DNA of 63,995 bases, filler included, from Diploschistes diacapsis (lineage: Eukaryota): NCBI GenBank assembly GCA_023645945.1. It is 4 parts of 4 records of this genome, joined end to end, with 100 filler letters (N's around TTAATTAATTAA, not from the genome) between each part and the next. Parts side by side here need not be neighbours in the genome. Positions count along the whole stretch, not along the records: positions 50,478 to 63,995 come from JALAIB010000652.1; 3 more parts are not named here. The stretch is one strand, 5' to 3'. Both the position numbers and the translations under genes were made by a program. The notes under the pieces are model-generated. The model searched no databases. It was not told the origin of the DNA and saw nothing but the letters and a program-made list of their open reading frames with translations. Below are positions 51,153 through 63,754 of the stretch, one piece after another; position 1 is the first letter of the stretch, and each line of letters starts with the position of its first letter.

Positions 51153-52349
51153 ATGCCTTCTCTACCATCACTGCATCAGCTCTACGCTTTTGTTTTCTGC
51201 ATCTCATTCCTGTCACTCCTAAACCTCGGCGTCGCGCAATCAAACAGCGCAACAAGCGCTACAAGCTCATCCTCCCCAACAAGCTCCCATATCGGATCGT
51301 CACCGTCACCACCCACGACCGCGACAACAGCAGCCTCGACAACGCCCGCCGCCCCCGCCTCGCCAACCCTCAGCATCCTGCCCTCCGTCTCCGGCTGGAA
51401 GTACACGGGCTGCTACAACGAGACCATCAACGATGCCGCAGCGGGCAACATCCGCGCGCTGAGCGAGAACGGGAACATGGTCTGCTTCCCCCTCCCCCTC
51501 CCCTTCCCTACTTCCGTTTTCCACTTCTCCCCTCCCATCTCTCCTACCATACCCAGCCCTTTCCCCTCTTCTACCATACCCAGCCCTTTCCCCTCTTCCT
51601 CTTCCTCTTCCTCTTCCTCTTCCTCTTCCTTTGAGCTAACCTCCTGCCTTCTCCCTAAAGACTACGTCCGACCGCATGACACCCCAAGTCTGCATGGACT
51701 ACTGCGCCAGCACGGGGCGGGACGCGACCTATGCCGGGCTCGAGTACGGGCAGGAGTGCTGGTGCGCCACCGCGCTGAACGTCAACGCTGCGAAGCTAGC
51801 GGACGCGAGCTGCAACACGCCTTGCGGGGGGCAAGGGGGAGTGGCCTGTGGGGGGAGTTGGAAGTAAGTCTCTTTTCATCGCTTTTTTTCTTGTTTATTA
51901 GTTTTTTTTATTCCGGCCCGAATGTGATGCGGCTCTTTGCGGGGGGGGGATTAGTTCCAGGGGTACTGAAGAAGGCGCAGAGGCTTGGTAGGAGACGTTA
52001 TTCGTTGTGACGGGAAAGGAAGAGGTGGGCAGTGAGTGGGGGGCGATGGGCAGAAAGTGCTTCCGGATGCTTCCTCATTGCACGACTCGATGAATCCCAG
52101 ACGTATTACCTGCGAGAAATTTGGCTCCACTTTCTCTGAGCCGAACGCCGCTACGAGACCTGGGAGACACGCTGCTGCACGCACCCACCCTGGTTGATGA
52201 TGAGCTAACTTTTCCCCTCCAACAAATTTAGGCTGGACGTCTACCAACTCAGCTCTACACCAAACGCTGCAGGCAAGCTAGAGATCGGCTGGGGCATGGC
52301 GGTGGCGATTGTGCTGGGCTTGGTCATAGCGTATGCGGTTCTGATATGA
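51153..52349 (+). CDS. Secreted/GPI-type WSC-domain protein
   Basis: Signal peptide, S/T-rich linker, WSC domain (WKYTGCYNE..RAL..MTPQVCMDYC..YAGLEYGQECWC..CNTPCGG..CGG..LDVY) and a hydrophobic C-terminus. Introns at 51480-51660 and ~51864-52231. Confidence 0.88.
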
Positions 52350-52922
52350 CGAGCGGGCTAATTCCATGAAATTCACCAAGGGCCGCTTGGATGCTTTTGC
52401 TGGGCTGCGGGTATAGTTATGGGATATAAGGATGAGACGCGTTAATGGTGCACTGTTGGATTTTCACGACCTCTACCTCTACGTGTTAAAGCGTGGTACT
52501 TTTATTTGATCTTATATGTATGCATATCACATGCCGCCTTTTTGTAGTAAGTTGCTTAACATCCCATAAGTGGTTCAAATGCCGTGACCCTGACCCGGAA
52601 GCCGGGCTTCAGGCCTTTGGTCCTTGCCCGGCTTGTTCCCGTTACCGGAGCTTCACCCAGAATTATCAGCAAGGCTTTACATACCATTTATGTAAGTATT
52701 CACGAACGAAGACAAGCCTAGAGTGCTTCAAGCGTCTCAAGCACAGATAACAGACCTTTGTAAGAATAACACCGGATTTGAACTGTGTCGGGGCCCGGAG
52801 CGCTCCCTAATGCACTTATGCTGGTAAGAATCTATAAGCAAAGATAACCCGCGAGTACTTCAAGCGTCTTAAAGCAGCCAACTTCTTCGATTTATTAATA
52901 CTACGTATGCATCACCGTCTAT

Positions 52923-55890
52923 CTATCCCTGACTGAGGGATCTATGGAAGGGCGAGAAGGAGGCAAGGCTTGAGAAGGGACCCTTGCGGAACCTTGCCCC
53001 CTTCTCAGGCTTCTCTCTCCTAGGCTCCACAACCATTGCCGGAGGCCTCCAGTACTCGTAGCCCAAGAAAGCCCCCCTTTTACGCAGCTCCAGAGCATCC
53101 CTCGCTATCACTCTGTCGCGTAGGATCCTATCCCTAGGTCTTTTCTTCTCTCTGCCTGCTCCGCCGGCAAACGCTCGGTCATCGAATCCCCCCTGGCAGC
53201 CATGAAGCGCTCCATCCGGTTGCTCGTAATCTTCGAGGATCTTGCGAATCATCTCTTCCTGCTCGGCAAGCTCGTCCTCAGTCGTACCCGAAACACTGGA
53301 GTTCTCCACGTCACTCACTGGGCGGTCCTCTTCGAAGTATCTCGTGTCAGCATTACCTCTGACAATAGGTACCTCAGGAGGCCTCTGCTGATGCAGATGT
53401 TCCCAGTCGATTCCTCGGAAGAACTGATGCTTTTTGATGTCATGGGCATCACCGGGGAACACAAAATTCCCCAGGAAGTCTTGGAAAGTCAACCGGTCTG
53501 ATGATGGCTGCTTTCGAAGGCTCAGACTCCGGCGGATTTCGAGATCATTGTGCCGGTATTTGGCGGAACATAGACGATGCTCTTTATCGCGTAGCAAACG
53601 CTTGATGAGCTCCTTCGCGTCCTTGGACACGCGGAAAGGAGCTTCCACGGAACTGTTTGAGAAGAATTGGAGCTTCCCTTTGTGATTCTATTCGAGTTAG
53701 TGCTTGGCAGGTGGTGATGGAGCTTAGTGGAACATACCACAATATTGAATTTAGTAGTGTCCCTGTCAGGTCCCATGAACGGCGTCTCCCCATACAGGCA
53801 CTATGTCTCCATTAAAACCATCTAGGAAACTGGACCAAGCTCAGCAAACCTCGTATAGAATGATCCCAATGCTCCACCAGTCGCACCGACCGTCATACTC
53901 CTGGCCAAGAACGATCTCCGGCGCCATGTATTGGCTCGTCCCAACCACTGTCGAGGCTAAAGCTCTGCGTCCATAACGATTCCGCCATTGCAGAATTGGC
54001 TGCTCCTTGGAATTCCCATCCACGGACGATTTCGCATGGCGGTCTATTGCCTTTTGCTCCTTGGGGTTGAGGTAAAAGGAATTATTTCCTTCCTGTTCCG
54101 CCTTCTCGATCAGGTCCTGGTCAGCACCATCGCCCGCAATATCAATTCCCAACTTTTGTAAAAGTGAGTATCGGTGATATTGGTAGTACTTTTGATCGTG
54201 TGCCCAGTGACCGTCGAATGCTAGCCCGAAGTCAGAGATCTTCAGATGCCCAGATGATGAAATGAGAAAATTATCAGGCTTGACGTCTCGATGGATCCAT
54301 CTCATCCGATGTGCTTCTTCCACGCATAGGATCATTTCAGCAATATAGAATTGCGTCTTCTTCTCCTCTAGTTTGTTCCGATCAATAAGAAGTCCCAAGA
54401 AGTCGCCCCCAATCATGTATTCCATGACCAAATAGAGCTTGGAGCTGTCTTGGAAGCTTGCGAGCAAGGGAACAATCCAGCGAGACTTCTCCGCGGCGAC
54501 GAGGCAGTCTCTTTCGGCGCGTAGGTGGCCCTCCTGTCCGTTGCGAATCATGTCTGACTTTCGAATGACTTTCATAGCGTAGACCGGTCGTAATGAAACT
54601 GAAGGATCCTCGGACAGAGAGGCGCTCTGTCCTTCTTCCCTTATTTGTTCAGCATCAAGCGCGCTTTCGCTCTTTTCCCGTACAAGACGAACGACGCCAA
54701 AGCTACCTTTACCTAAGACCTTAATAGTCTCGAAACCAGCACCAGCGTTGGGGCGATCCCGAGCACTCTGTGATTTCAAGACTCGTAGTTTCCGGGAGTG
54801 CTCCCTTTCCTTCACCAACCACGCCTTACGCTCCTGATTGCACTGCTCCAAGGTGAGCTGAGAGCCCTCCAACGCCTCTTCCAAGTTGCGTCGTCGCAGT
54901 TCACGTGACGTTTCTTTCCCAGCCAAGACAGGATTATAGAATGTCTCAAGGAAAACCTTTGCGTTCGCTGCAGCCTCGACTGTTTTGATCGTGGGTTGAG
55001 GTTGGGGAATAAGAACGTTGGGGAGTCCTCCTGGAGGTGACTGCAGCTCCGCTTCGTCCTCCAGCTCTTCTACGATAGTCAGTGCTGGCGTAGGCGCTTC
55101 ATATGAAACTCTTGATGCAGACAATGGAAGGAAGCTCGTATCAAACGAGGTTTTTGCGGTAGATATGTCACCACCCATAGACGCATGCCTACTCTGCAGA
55201 CTTGAGGGGTTCGTAGACACGACTGGACTCGTGAAATAGCTCGGTATGGACACGAAGCTTCCCCTAAGCTTCTTATGCGGACGACGACGTACCACTGTAG
55301 ACGGGTTGAATTTGCCCGAAAACTTGCGAGACAAATCATAAGCGATGCTCGGGAGGGATTCGCTTCGCGTAGGGATGTCAAGCAACGAGAGCCTCTTGTC
55401 TAACATATCATCTGGGAGATCTCCCAGGTTGTATTGCCAGGTCTTGCGCCGAGAGAGTCTTTCCGGATGGATACCGCTTTGAGTAGTTGAGATTGGGTTG
55501 GGTCGGCCAAACCACGCAATCCTCGGTCTCGGTCTGTTGACTTCATGCTGAATGCCTGGCTCCCCACGGACTCCACTAGTCGGACTCAAATCGGGTCCCT
55601 CTGGAAGCAGTGGCTCATCACTACTACCACCCGCTTCTAAAAGTTGTTAGTCAGGGAAGGGAGAATTCGAGACAAGGTCAGACTTCTACCGGAAAGCCAT
55701 TTCCACGCAGACTTGATCTTTGGGCTGATGTGGGAGACTTCTGGTTGGTCAGGCCTGCTCTTCGGTATGGTGATCTGGGGCAAAAATCGAGTGAGGTTAC
55801 TGCCTCGTCTCCGTTTCGACTGATTCTCGGGCAAAGAAGCGACAGAGACCGGCTCCATAACCCCGGGATATTTGGAGACTCGGAAAGCAT
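52923..55890 (-). CDS. NDR/Cbk1-like AGC Ser/Thr kinase (divergent paralogue)
   Basis: Mob-binding-like NTR (AANAKVFLETFY..LRVLK), GKGSFGVV, YAMK, HRDVKPDN, SDFGLA, a long activation-segment insert, VGTSQYMAPE and an AGC tail ending FLGYEY. The start codon at 55890 is tentative. Confidence 0.88.
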
Positions 55891-56513
55891 GCGGATGATG
55901 CGTGAACTTGGTAATATCATACACGATAAACAAGATACAACATCGAAGTTGAGCACTGCACAGCGAGTAGCGATTGATGAGAATAGAGGAGAGACTGCGT
56001 AGGAGGAATGATATGAAGACGTATAGCAGTTAAGAATATAGAAGGAAAGCTCGAGGGAAGCGAGCCTCCTGCGAGGCAGGCGCCTACCTTGTCCAGTTCA
56101 AGTTCATCAGCATCCATGCCCTGTTTGGGGGATGCTTCAGATTTTACTACATAACAATCTGATATACTCGAAGCTCTCGCGGGACCTTTCAATTACATTC
56201 CGCTGATGATCTGAAGCATCTTTTATTTGCAGGTTTTGAAGCATCCAGATGCCTTTGCGGATATAATACAATACTTGCTAGTATGACATTTTGATTCCTA
56301 CGGAGGGAAACTTTAACGAATGAAAAAACAATAACCGGCGGCCGAGTTTCTTAACTATACCTACATCATTGCCCTAGATACTACAGAACAGAATTACCAC
56401 AAATTCTTTCGCCAAATCAATAGAGCAAGAAATCGATTCTTCTGATGCTTGACATGCTATTGGACCACGTGGCTAGAGCCCCGTCTCTACAATAAAGGAG
56501 GCCTGCCATTGTA

Positions 56514-59062
56514 ATGATTAAGTATGTCCGCAGTTCAAGGAGGCCTTGGACTTCGATATGCGGGCACATAGCATTCCGAAGGCATTTCGTCTCACAGAGC
56601 CCACTTCTCAGAGTCTCGGAGGAAGTACAGGATGCTGTCAGGAGGAAGCTGCCTGTTGTGGCTTTAGAAACTACCATCTACACGCATGGTACTTACTTCA
56701 CTGAATGAAGCCAGTTTCTACATCTGACAGGAAGCGCTCTAGGCTTCCCTTACCCGGAGAACATCGCTCTGTCGTCCCATCTCGAATCTGTAGTTCGTGT
56801 CAATGGCGGCATTCCAGCTACTATTGGGGTTCTCAACGGCATACCCATGGTGGGAATGCAGCCCGACGAGATAATTGAACTTCTCGAAGGCTCTAGACGG
56901 CCAGGCACCCTTAAGTTGTCAAGGCGAGATATTGGTTATATCTGTGGTCTTGTGAGAAGCCAGTTTCCCCTATCTGTTATGCTTCGTTGACAGGGCTAGG
57001 GTGTGCATGGGAAGGCCGTCAACGGAGGAACCACTGTTTCAGGCACGATGTTGCTTGCTCACTTAGCGGGAATCCGCATCTTTGCCACTGGTGGCCTAGG
57101 CGGCGTTCATAGAGGAGGAGAGAACTCCCTTGACATCAGTGCCGATCTAACAGAACTCGGTCGCACACCTGTTGCGGTTATCAGTAGTGGTTTTAAAAGC
57201 TTCCTTGATATCCCAAGGACCCTGCAGTATCTAGAAACGCAGGGTGTGGGAGTAGCTACGTTCGCGGATGGTCGTTCTGGACATGTAGGCTTTCCTGCCT
57301 TTTGGACTCGCGACAGCGGTATTGGAAGTCCCAAGACCGTTGAAGATGAAAAAGAAGCTGCTGCAGTTGTTTACGCACAAACGAAGCTTGGACTCACCTC
57401 AGGGCTTCTACTTGCGAACCCTATTGCGAACGAGCATTCCTTATCCAAGACCATGATGGACTCCATTATTGCAGCAGCCACGGCTAAAGCGCAGCAAGCC
57501 GGAAAGTTAGGAAGCGACAACACGCCTTATGTTCTCGAGCAGATCCGAGAAGCTACGGGAAACAAATCCATGCATGCCAACCGGTTTTTGGTTGAAGCGA
57601 ATGTACTACGAGGTACGAAAGTTGCTGTCGAGTTATCCGCGCTAGAGGACTGTGGCAGAACTGCTACTCGAAGGTACTTCGGAGCTTTTGAGAGGCTTGC
57701 TTCGTGCTGATGGTGATAGCTGCTAGGTCTATTGGCACCAAGTTATTCTCAACCGCGACTGATACGGATCACATTCCGGATGAAGCGGTGCAAGAGAACA
57801 GTGTCAGCGTTTTGGTTGCCGGTTCACTCGCCATCGACTTCAGCTGCAACTACAGTCCATTGGCTGCGAGCGCTGGCACTATTGCAACAAAGACATCGAA
57901 CCCTGCAGTCATCACGCAAAGCCTAGGTGGCGTAGGCCAAAATATTGCCACTGCGGCTCACTATGCAGGGGCAAACGTCTGGCTGTGCAGTGCTGTAGCA
58001 GAAGATGTTGCAGGCAGCACTGCGATCGCATCCTTGCAGCAGAGAGGAATGAACACACATGGCGTGAGGCTCATATCTAGCGGATTAAGCACAGCACAGT
58101 ATGTTGCAATCAATGACGAACATAGGAATCTCTTCCTCGCTATGGCCGACATTCGCATTCTAGAAGAAACACTCGATACATTTGAGCAGGAATGGAAACC
58201 CATGATGGAAGAAATGAAACCAGCATGGCTCGTGATCGATGCTAATTGGAACAAAGATACAGTACGAAAATGGGTCGACTCAGCCATGTCTTGCGGGGCA
58301 AGGGTTGCCTTCGAGCCCGTCTCAGTTCAGAAGTCAACGAGAATATTTTTCAAAACGTGGCATGATCACATGCAAAGTTTGCTACATGGTAAAGACTCTA
58401 CTGCTAGCATTAATAGCCGATGGAGTGCCAATCAAGTGGCTGACCTCACGACGCCGAATGAGATGGAGTTATTAGCAATGTCGGAGCATGTGCTTGCAAT
58501 TGACGCCTGGACATCTTTCCTTGCAAGTCTCAAGAATAGCCTTCTTATGGAACGGATTCACTCTCTGAGCTGTGGATCTGTATCTGAAATTGATGATCGA
58601 ATATCAATCGCTGCTTTGAAGCTCCTGTCGAGTATTCCGTGCATTCTTACGAAGCTTGGACCGAAAGGAGTTTTGCTCACGGAAGTCCTCCACCAAAGCG
58701 ATGCTCGATTGCATGAAAGTGACGAAGCGGAACACATCCTGTTTCGCAATTGTCGCTCAACTTTTAAGAGAGACAGAGCTATCATGTTACCAGAATCGAA
58801 ACCGGACAGCAGTCTTTTTAACATTGGAGGGATTTATATGCGACTGTTTCCAGCGGCAGAGGCTGTCCCAGCGGATCATGTTGTTAGTGTGAATGGTGTA
58901 GGAGATACCTTCCTTGGGGTGCTAGTCGCAGCAATGGCAAGGTCCCCGAAACGGCCAGTAAGCCATGTCATCAATATTGCCCAACGAGCAGCATTGCTCA
59001 CGCTGAAGAGCGCAGAATCGGTGAGTCCGAAGGTGCGAGGATTGTTGGATGATGAAAAGTAG
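56514..59062 (+). CDS. Bifunctional pseudouridine-5'-phosphate glycosidase (PsuG/IndA) - PfkB pseudouridine kinase
   Basis: VVALETTIYTHG/FPYP, KLSRRD, GTTVSGTM, FATGGLGGVHRG, DISADLTEL (PsuG); GGVGQN, TPNEMEL, VNGVGDTF (PfkB). Three introns. Confidence 0.92.
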
Positions 59063-59925
59063 CCTTCTATTTTAACACCAAAGTTTCCTGATAACTGCAT
59101 CCTGGAAGAGAGATCCATATAGATAGGTCCGTTGTCTGGAGCATTATGATCTTATCGCAAGCGTGACTGCTTAGAGAACATTTCCTAATTCAAGGAGACA
59201 TTGACGCACGGGCCAAATAGTTTACTGTAGCCCGACCCTCTCTACTCGACACGACCGAAGCATAGCATCTACACTACAAGCTAAAGAATGGAACTAGAGC
59301 AACAGCTGTCGCAAACGATCTTACTAGCAGCAAGTCAGCAATGACATTCCTGCCTTCAGAAGGCTTTTGCAGGGCAATTCTACGGCTCCGGCAAACGTAC
59401 AGGATCCGAAACGGAATATACACCGTTGCATTGCACGCAGAAACTGCAGCCGGCGAGTCTAAGACTAAGCTAGAACACTAAACGAGCAACGCCCATGTTG
59501 ACATACAGCCAAACGGGAATCATTACGACGTCTACGGCCTAGTTGTCGAGGTTGATGATCTACTCGAACCTGGATACAACGTTGAATGGAAAGCCATCAA
59601 GTCTCCTTCGATGAGCGGAACCAGAACACGGAACGGATTCAGCAGGCTATGCTGGAGGCTCGAGGAACACAAGTTGCCCATTTTTACACTTTTTGATGAT
59701 TGGAGGGCTTTCGTGCAATGCCAGATCTCTTAATCGACACATATCGTACTGGAAAAGAGGACGATGCTTGTGTGGGCACATATTGTGGGGCTTTGATGAC
59801 GTCGATCGAGCAATCTTCAGAGTATGGGACAATGAGTCCAATACTATACTTATATTGCTTCTGTCAACAGTACAGCAAAGGGAGACAAAGGCTGCCAGCG
59901 GAGACATCTGTTAGTGATATTGAAC

Positions 59926-61181
59926 ATGCAGCTCAAGTGGGGCCTAAAGACAGCACGAGTATTACTCAGCGCCGGGTCTGCTGGCTTCGATCCGGTCACA
60001 GTCGGTCACTGGGAAGAGGAGGGTTTCATAGTTTCCTGTCTGGCGTATAGTGGCAGCAGAAAAGACTATGCTGCCTCGCTACGTGCTATAGCCGAGCCTC
60101 TGGAATTTGGCGAAGAGTTTGTGCTCGTCTGTATGTTTACTGGGCTCCCAAACTCCGTCACAGTGGTCGATATTAATGCTTGTCCTTGCTCAGCGTACGG
60201 CGATGCGGCCACTGCGGCATTGGAGGCCTGCACAAAACCTATCTACAAGATGAAGGCTTTGGTGTGCTACTATCCCTCTGCTTACCCTCCTGCGAGGGTG
60301 GGATTCCCACCAAATCTCAAAGTCCTGTTGCATCTCGCTTCAGATTCCCCTGGTCCTCCCATACCCTATCCTACCTTTAGTTACCCGCATGCCACGAGAG
60401 GTTTCGCAGAGCCAGGCTCGCCACAATACGAGAGGATATCCGCCGATTTGTCTTGGTCCAGAACACTTGGCGTGGTCAGAAAGGGTTTTGGCATCGAGCA
60501 AGATTTGGAGAGTATTTGGGAGAATCATTTGGCGCGTAAGCTCCCGCAAACAGGCTCAAATCCTCGACTAAATAAGCCCATCAGTTGAATTCTCCGAGAA
60601 GAGTATATAGCCTATAGCTTTCTGGCTTGTTTGCTTGTGTCTAATCAAAACGCAGATGCGGATGCAACAATGAAAACCATGGTCGACGAGCCATACGTGA
60701 ACCACAACCCGACGATGCAAGTTTTTACGAGCCTAGGCACTGGTCGTTGCCCGGGTTGTTGTTGACTGTTACTCGATGTAGGACCGGCGGCATCGGCTTC
60801 AAAGACCTCCATCGCTTCTACAAGGATTTCTTCGTTGACAGCAACCCTCCTTCGATGAACATGCGGCTACTCTCACGGACAGTCGGCACGAATAGGGTGG
60901 TGGACGAGCTCTTCTTCTCCTTCCGACACACGCAGGAGATTCCCTGGCTGCTTCCGGGAGTCCAGCCGACGAACAGATCCGTAGAGGTGATTCTCGTCTC
61001 GGTTGTCTGCATCAGGGGCGGGAAGCTGTACCACGAGCACATCTACTGGGACCAGGCAAGCGTCTTGGTTCAGGTCGGGCTGATAGACCCCACGCAGCTG
61101 CCGGTGTGTGGAGCTGCTGCGGCACGGAAAGTTTTGGATGAGAAGAGTCAACCGAGTAATCGGCTCATTCCTAACTGGTGA
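59926..61181 (+). CDS. Dienelactone hydrolase-like / SnoaL (NTF2-like) protein
   Basis: AYGDAA, LVCYYP, GFAE, LSWSRTL, then DATMKTMVDEPYVNHNPTM/TGGIG, SRTVGTNRVVDE, HEHIYWDQASVLVQVG. Includes an 18-nt micro-exon and a GC-AG intron. Confidence 0.85.
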
Positions 61182-61481
61182 GATGTGCCTGTGAGATAGT
61201 ATAGAGGTCGAGGGCCGCGCAGACTATACTATTTCATCATTTCCTTCAAATTAAAATACAGGTACCATCGTTAACCAAGCTCTCATAGCACTGCAGCTCT
61301 GTATGGCTCGAGCTCCTGAGATATTGTCCAGTAGTTTCATATTACTCCATTTCCAAGGCCAGTGTACATCCACGTGCTGGAAAGCTCACAGCCATCTCAA
61401 AGAGCCCTCTTCGTACTACAAATACATTCCGAGTGCGAGACAATATCAACATGGTAATAAAGGAATTTCCAGCCTTCCCTA

Positions 61482-62564
61482 TCACATACAGGCGGTGAGT
61501 TTCCGACCGAAGTAATATTCGTGCTTTTGATGATCAAGGCTATTGCCCGAGGAGGCGCCCTCGTTGCTGGTCAGGCCGTAGACGACCTGCCAATTGCTCG
61601 GGTTGAAGGGGTGCTCGGGATCGCTGTTGAAGTATTCCGGAGACGCATGGTAGTAGCCCATAAACTTCTCTGCTGGCCACCTGACGGCAAAGTCGTCCGC
61701 CCTCGTCACGCGAAAGTTGGTGTAGTTCTGGTCCGTTATCCACTGGGCAAAATGATCGTTGGCGAAACGCGGGCTGCCGTAGCTATACTGGGGTCGAGAT
61801 TAGCTTTTGACCAATCCTGTTGAGAATCCAGTCGTTGATCTGCTTACCACTTCAACTGGCTTATGTGCAACATCAATCCCCTTGTCCATTGCAATGTACC
61901 TATCGATGTCCTGTGCAACCTCGGGCAGTCTTCTCCGGATGCCGATCCCTGCCATTTGAGCGAAAACGCCGCCAATCGAGTGTCCTACGACGACAATTTT
62001 GTACTGGGGGTGAAGCTTGATCTGGTCTATCAAAGCTCCCGCATCCTCCAGTATGCTTTTTTGGACGTCCATGTAAGCATGCCACCATCCATGGTGAGCT
62101 TTACAGTGCTCGCACCAGTCGACACGAGACCATAACAGTTCTCCATTCAGAAGCCTGTCCGCTATACCCTTTGTGCCGCGAAACGCCAGTACAATTTCGT
62201 TTCGGTGAGGAGCAACGGCGACAAACATATGTAGGTCTGCCCAGAAACCGGCCTTGAATTCACGGCTCCAGGTGATCTCCGCATGATCTTGGTCGACATC
62301 GGGACAATCGGCTTCTGTGTAGCATTTGAGGAACCTGGAACCTCTCGATTTGGACACTGGCTTTTCGGCGTTGTTCCTGCAATAAGCAGCTCCAGCCCAC
62401 TCTGAATACCTTGAGAGGTTGTCGAGTACCCCTTGCGATATTCCAACCTGTTTGGGGGGGTTATTCGCGGGAGACGGCCGCTTACGGTGCACAAGGTCAC
62501 TTTCTCCCGGGGCAGCAACAGCGAAACCAATGGCATAGAAAATAAGGATGATAGCAAGCAACAT
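61482..62564 (-). CDS. Secreted class 3 lipase
   Basis: Signal peptide MLLAIILIFYAIGFAVA, AAYC, IVLAFRGT, nucleophile elbow VVGHSIGG, YSYGSPR, catalytic His region HEYYF; one intron near 61847-61787. Confidence 0.88.
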
Positions 62565-63754
62565 CCTGACGGGAGTTAAAAGAATCAAGAAGGCGCTTGG
62601 CCCCCCTAATGTCGCTATAGAGTTGTGACGGAGGAGAATTGGGCCAAATAATGATTCAAAAAAGAGCGACCTTACGGACTGTACGGTTATATATAAAGAT
62701 TGTTCCAGTTTAACGAGAGTGACGATATCAACCCATGCCAGATGATGTGATTCTTGCCGGAAGAGGAGAGATGAGAAGGAACTCGTAACCTTTAGGCTGC
62801 CAGGTGGCGACAAGATGAAAACAAACAAACCTTGACTGAGCCAGAGAAATCTTCATGTCATGGCAGCTGGGTGGATTATTCCATTGGCTCCATGCCTCCC
62901 GTATAAATCGTAAACATGCATATATCTGCTGGATAGGAAGGCTGGTAACAGTATCGTCGCATAGAGATACTTTTCGTAAAGCACCCAAATACTGGATACG
63001 AAGCCCAGTTGATGTTTGAGCGAGTTACCATAACTCGAGCCATGGCCACGATATATATCATGCTCATGCACAATGGTTTCTAGGCTTTTCATGAAAACTT
63101 GGGTGTGAAGTTCAAGACCACTGGGAAGTTTTATACACTGTCTTGTCCGGAAGTAGTTTAGCGTTACCGCGTTTTAAGGCAAAAGTCGGTTTTTCGTAGA
63201 CGACATAGCATCACGGAACTGGTCTTCGAGAATACTGAACAAATACCTTGCAGTTTTTGGACATCGGGTTAAGATCATAAAGCGTTTATAAATTAATCAT
63301 AAATTCGAACCGGATTTGGAACCTAATTAAAAATAAACAAATAAAAACGCCAACGCAGGAAATAATACCACACTACCAAAAGGCTAAGCCTGATCCAAAA
63401 GGATTACATATGATTAACATCTACAGACAAAAATGTCTCAATTTGAAAAAGCTAAGAATAAACTGTATTAAAAGTGGTGAAAGTCCTAATAAATAACTAA
63501 TAACTAAGAATGTATTCTGCAGCTAGTCCTAACTAAGGAATAATCCTAGCCTGCCTAGCCTGGTAGCTGACTATTGTTCAGTAATAATATATTGAAGAGG
63601 TTAAAGGTTATAACTATGAAAGTTGGAGGGTGAGAAGCCTTTATAAGGCACATTTCACGCTAATATGATTAGTTTCTTGCTAATTGCTTCGGCGAAGGTC
63701 TTGGTTTCTTCCTTATCACGATCCTTATAAGTCCGCCGAGAACGAAGGGTGTAC

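Noticed and set aside
59288..59914. Possible small gene or remnant upstream of the dienelactone hydrolase
   Set aside because: Some splice-like signals and coding-like stretches exist, but I could not build a consistent ORF or assign a family.
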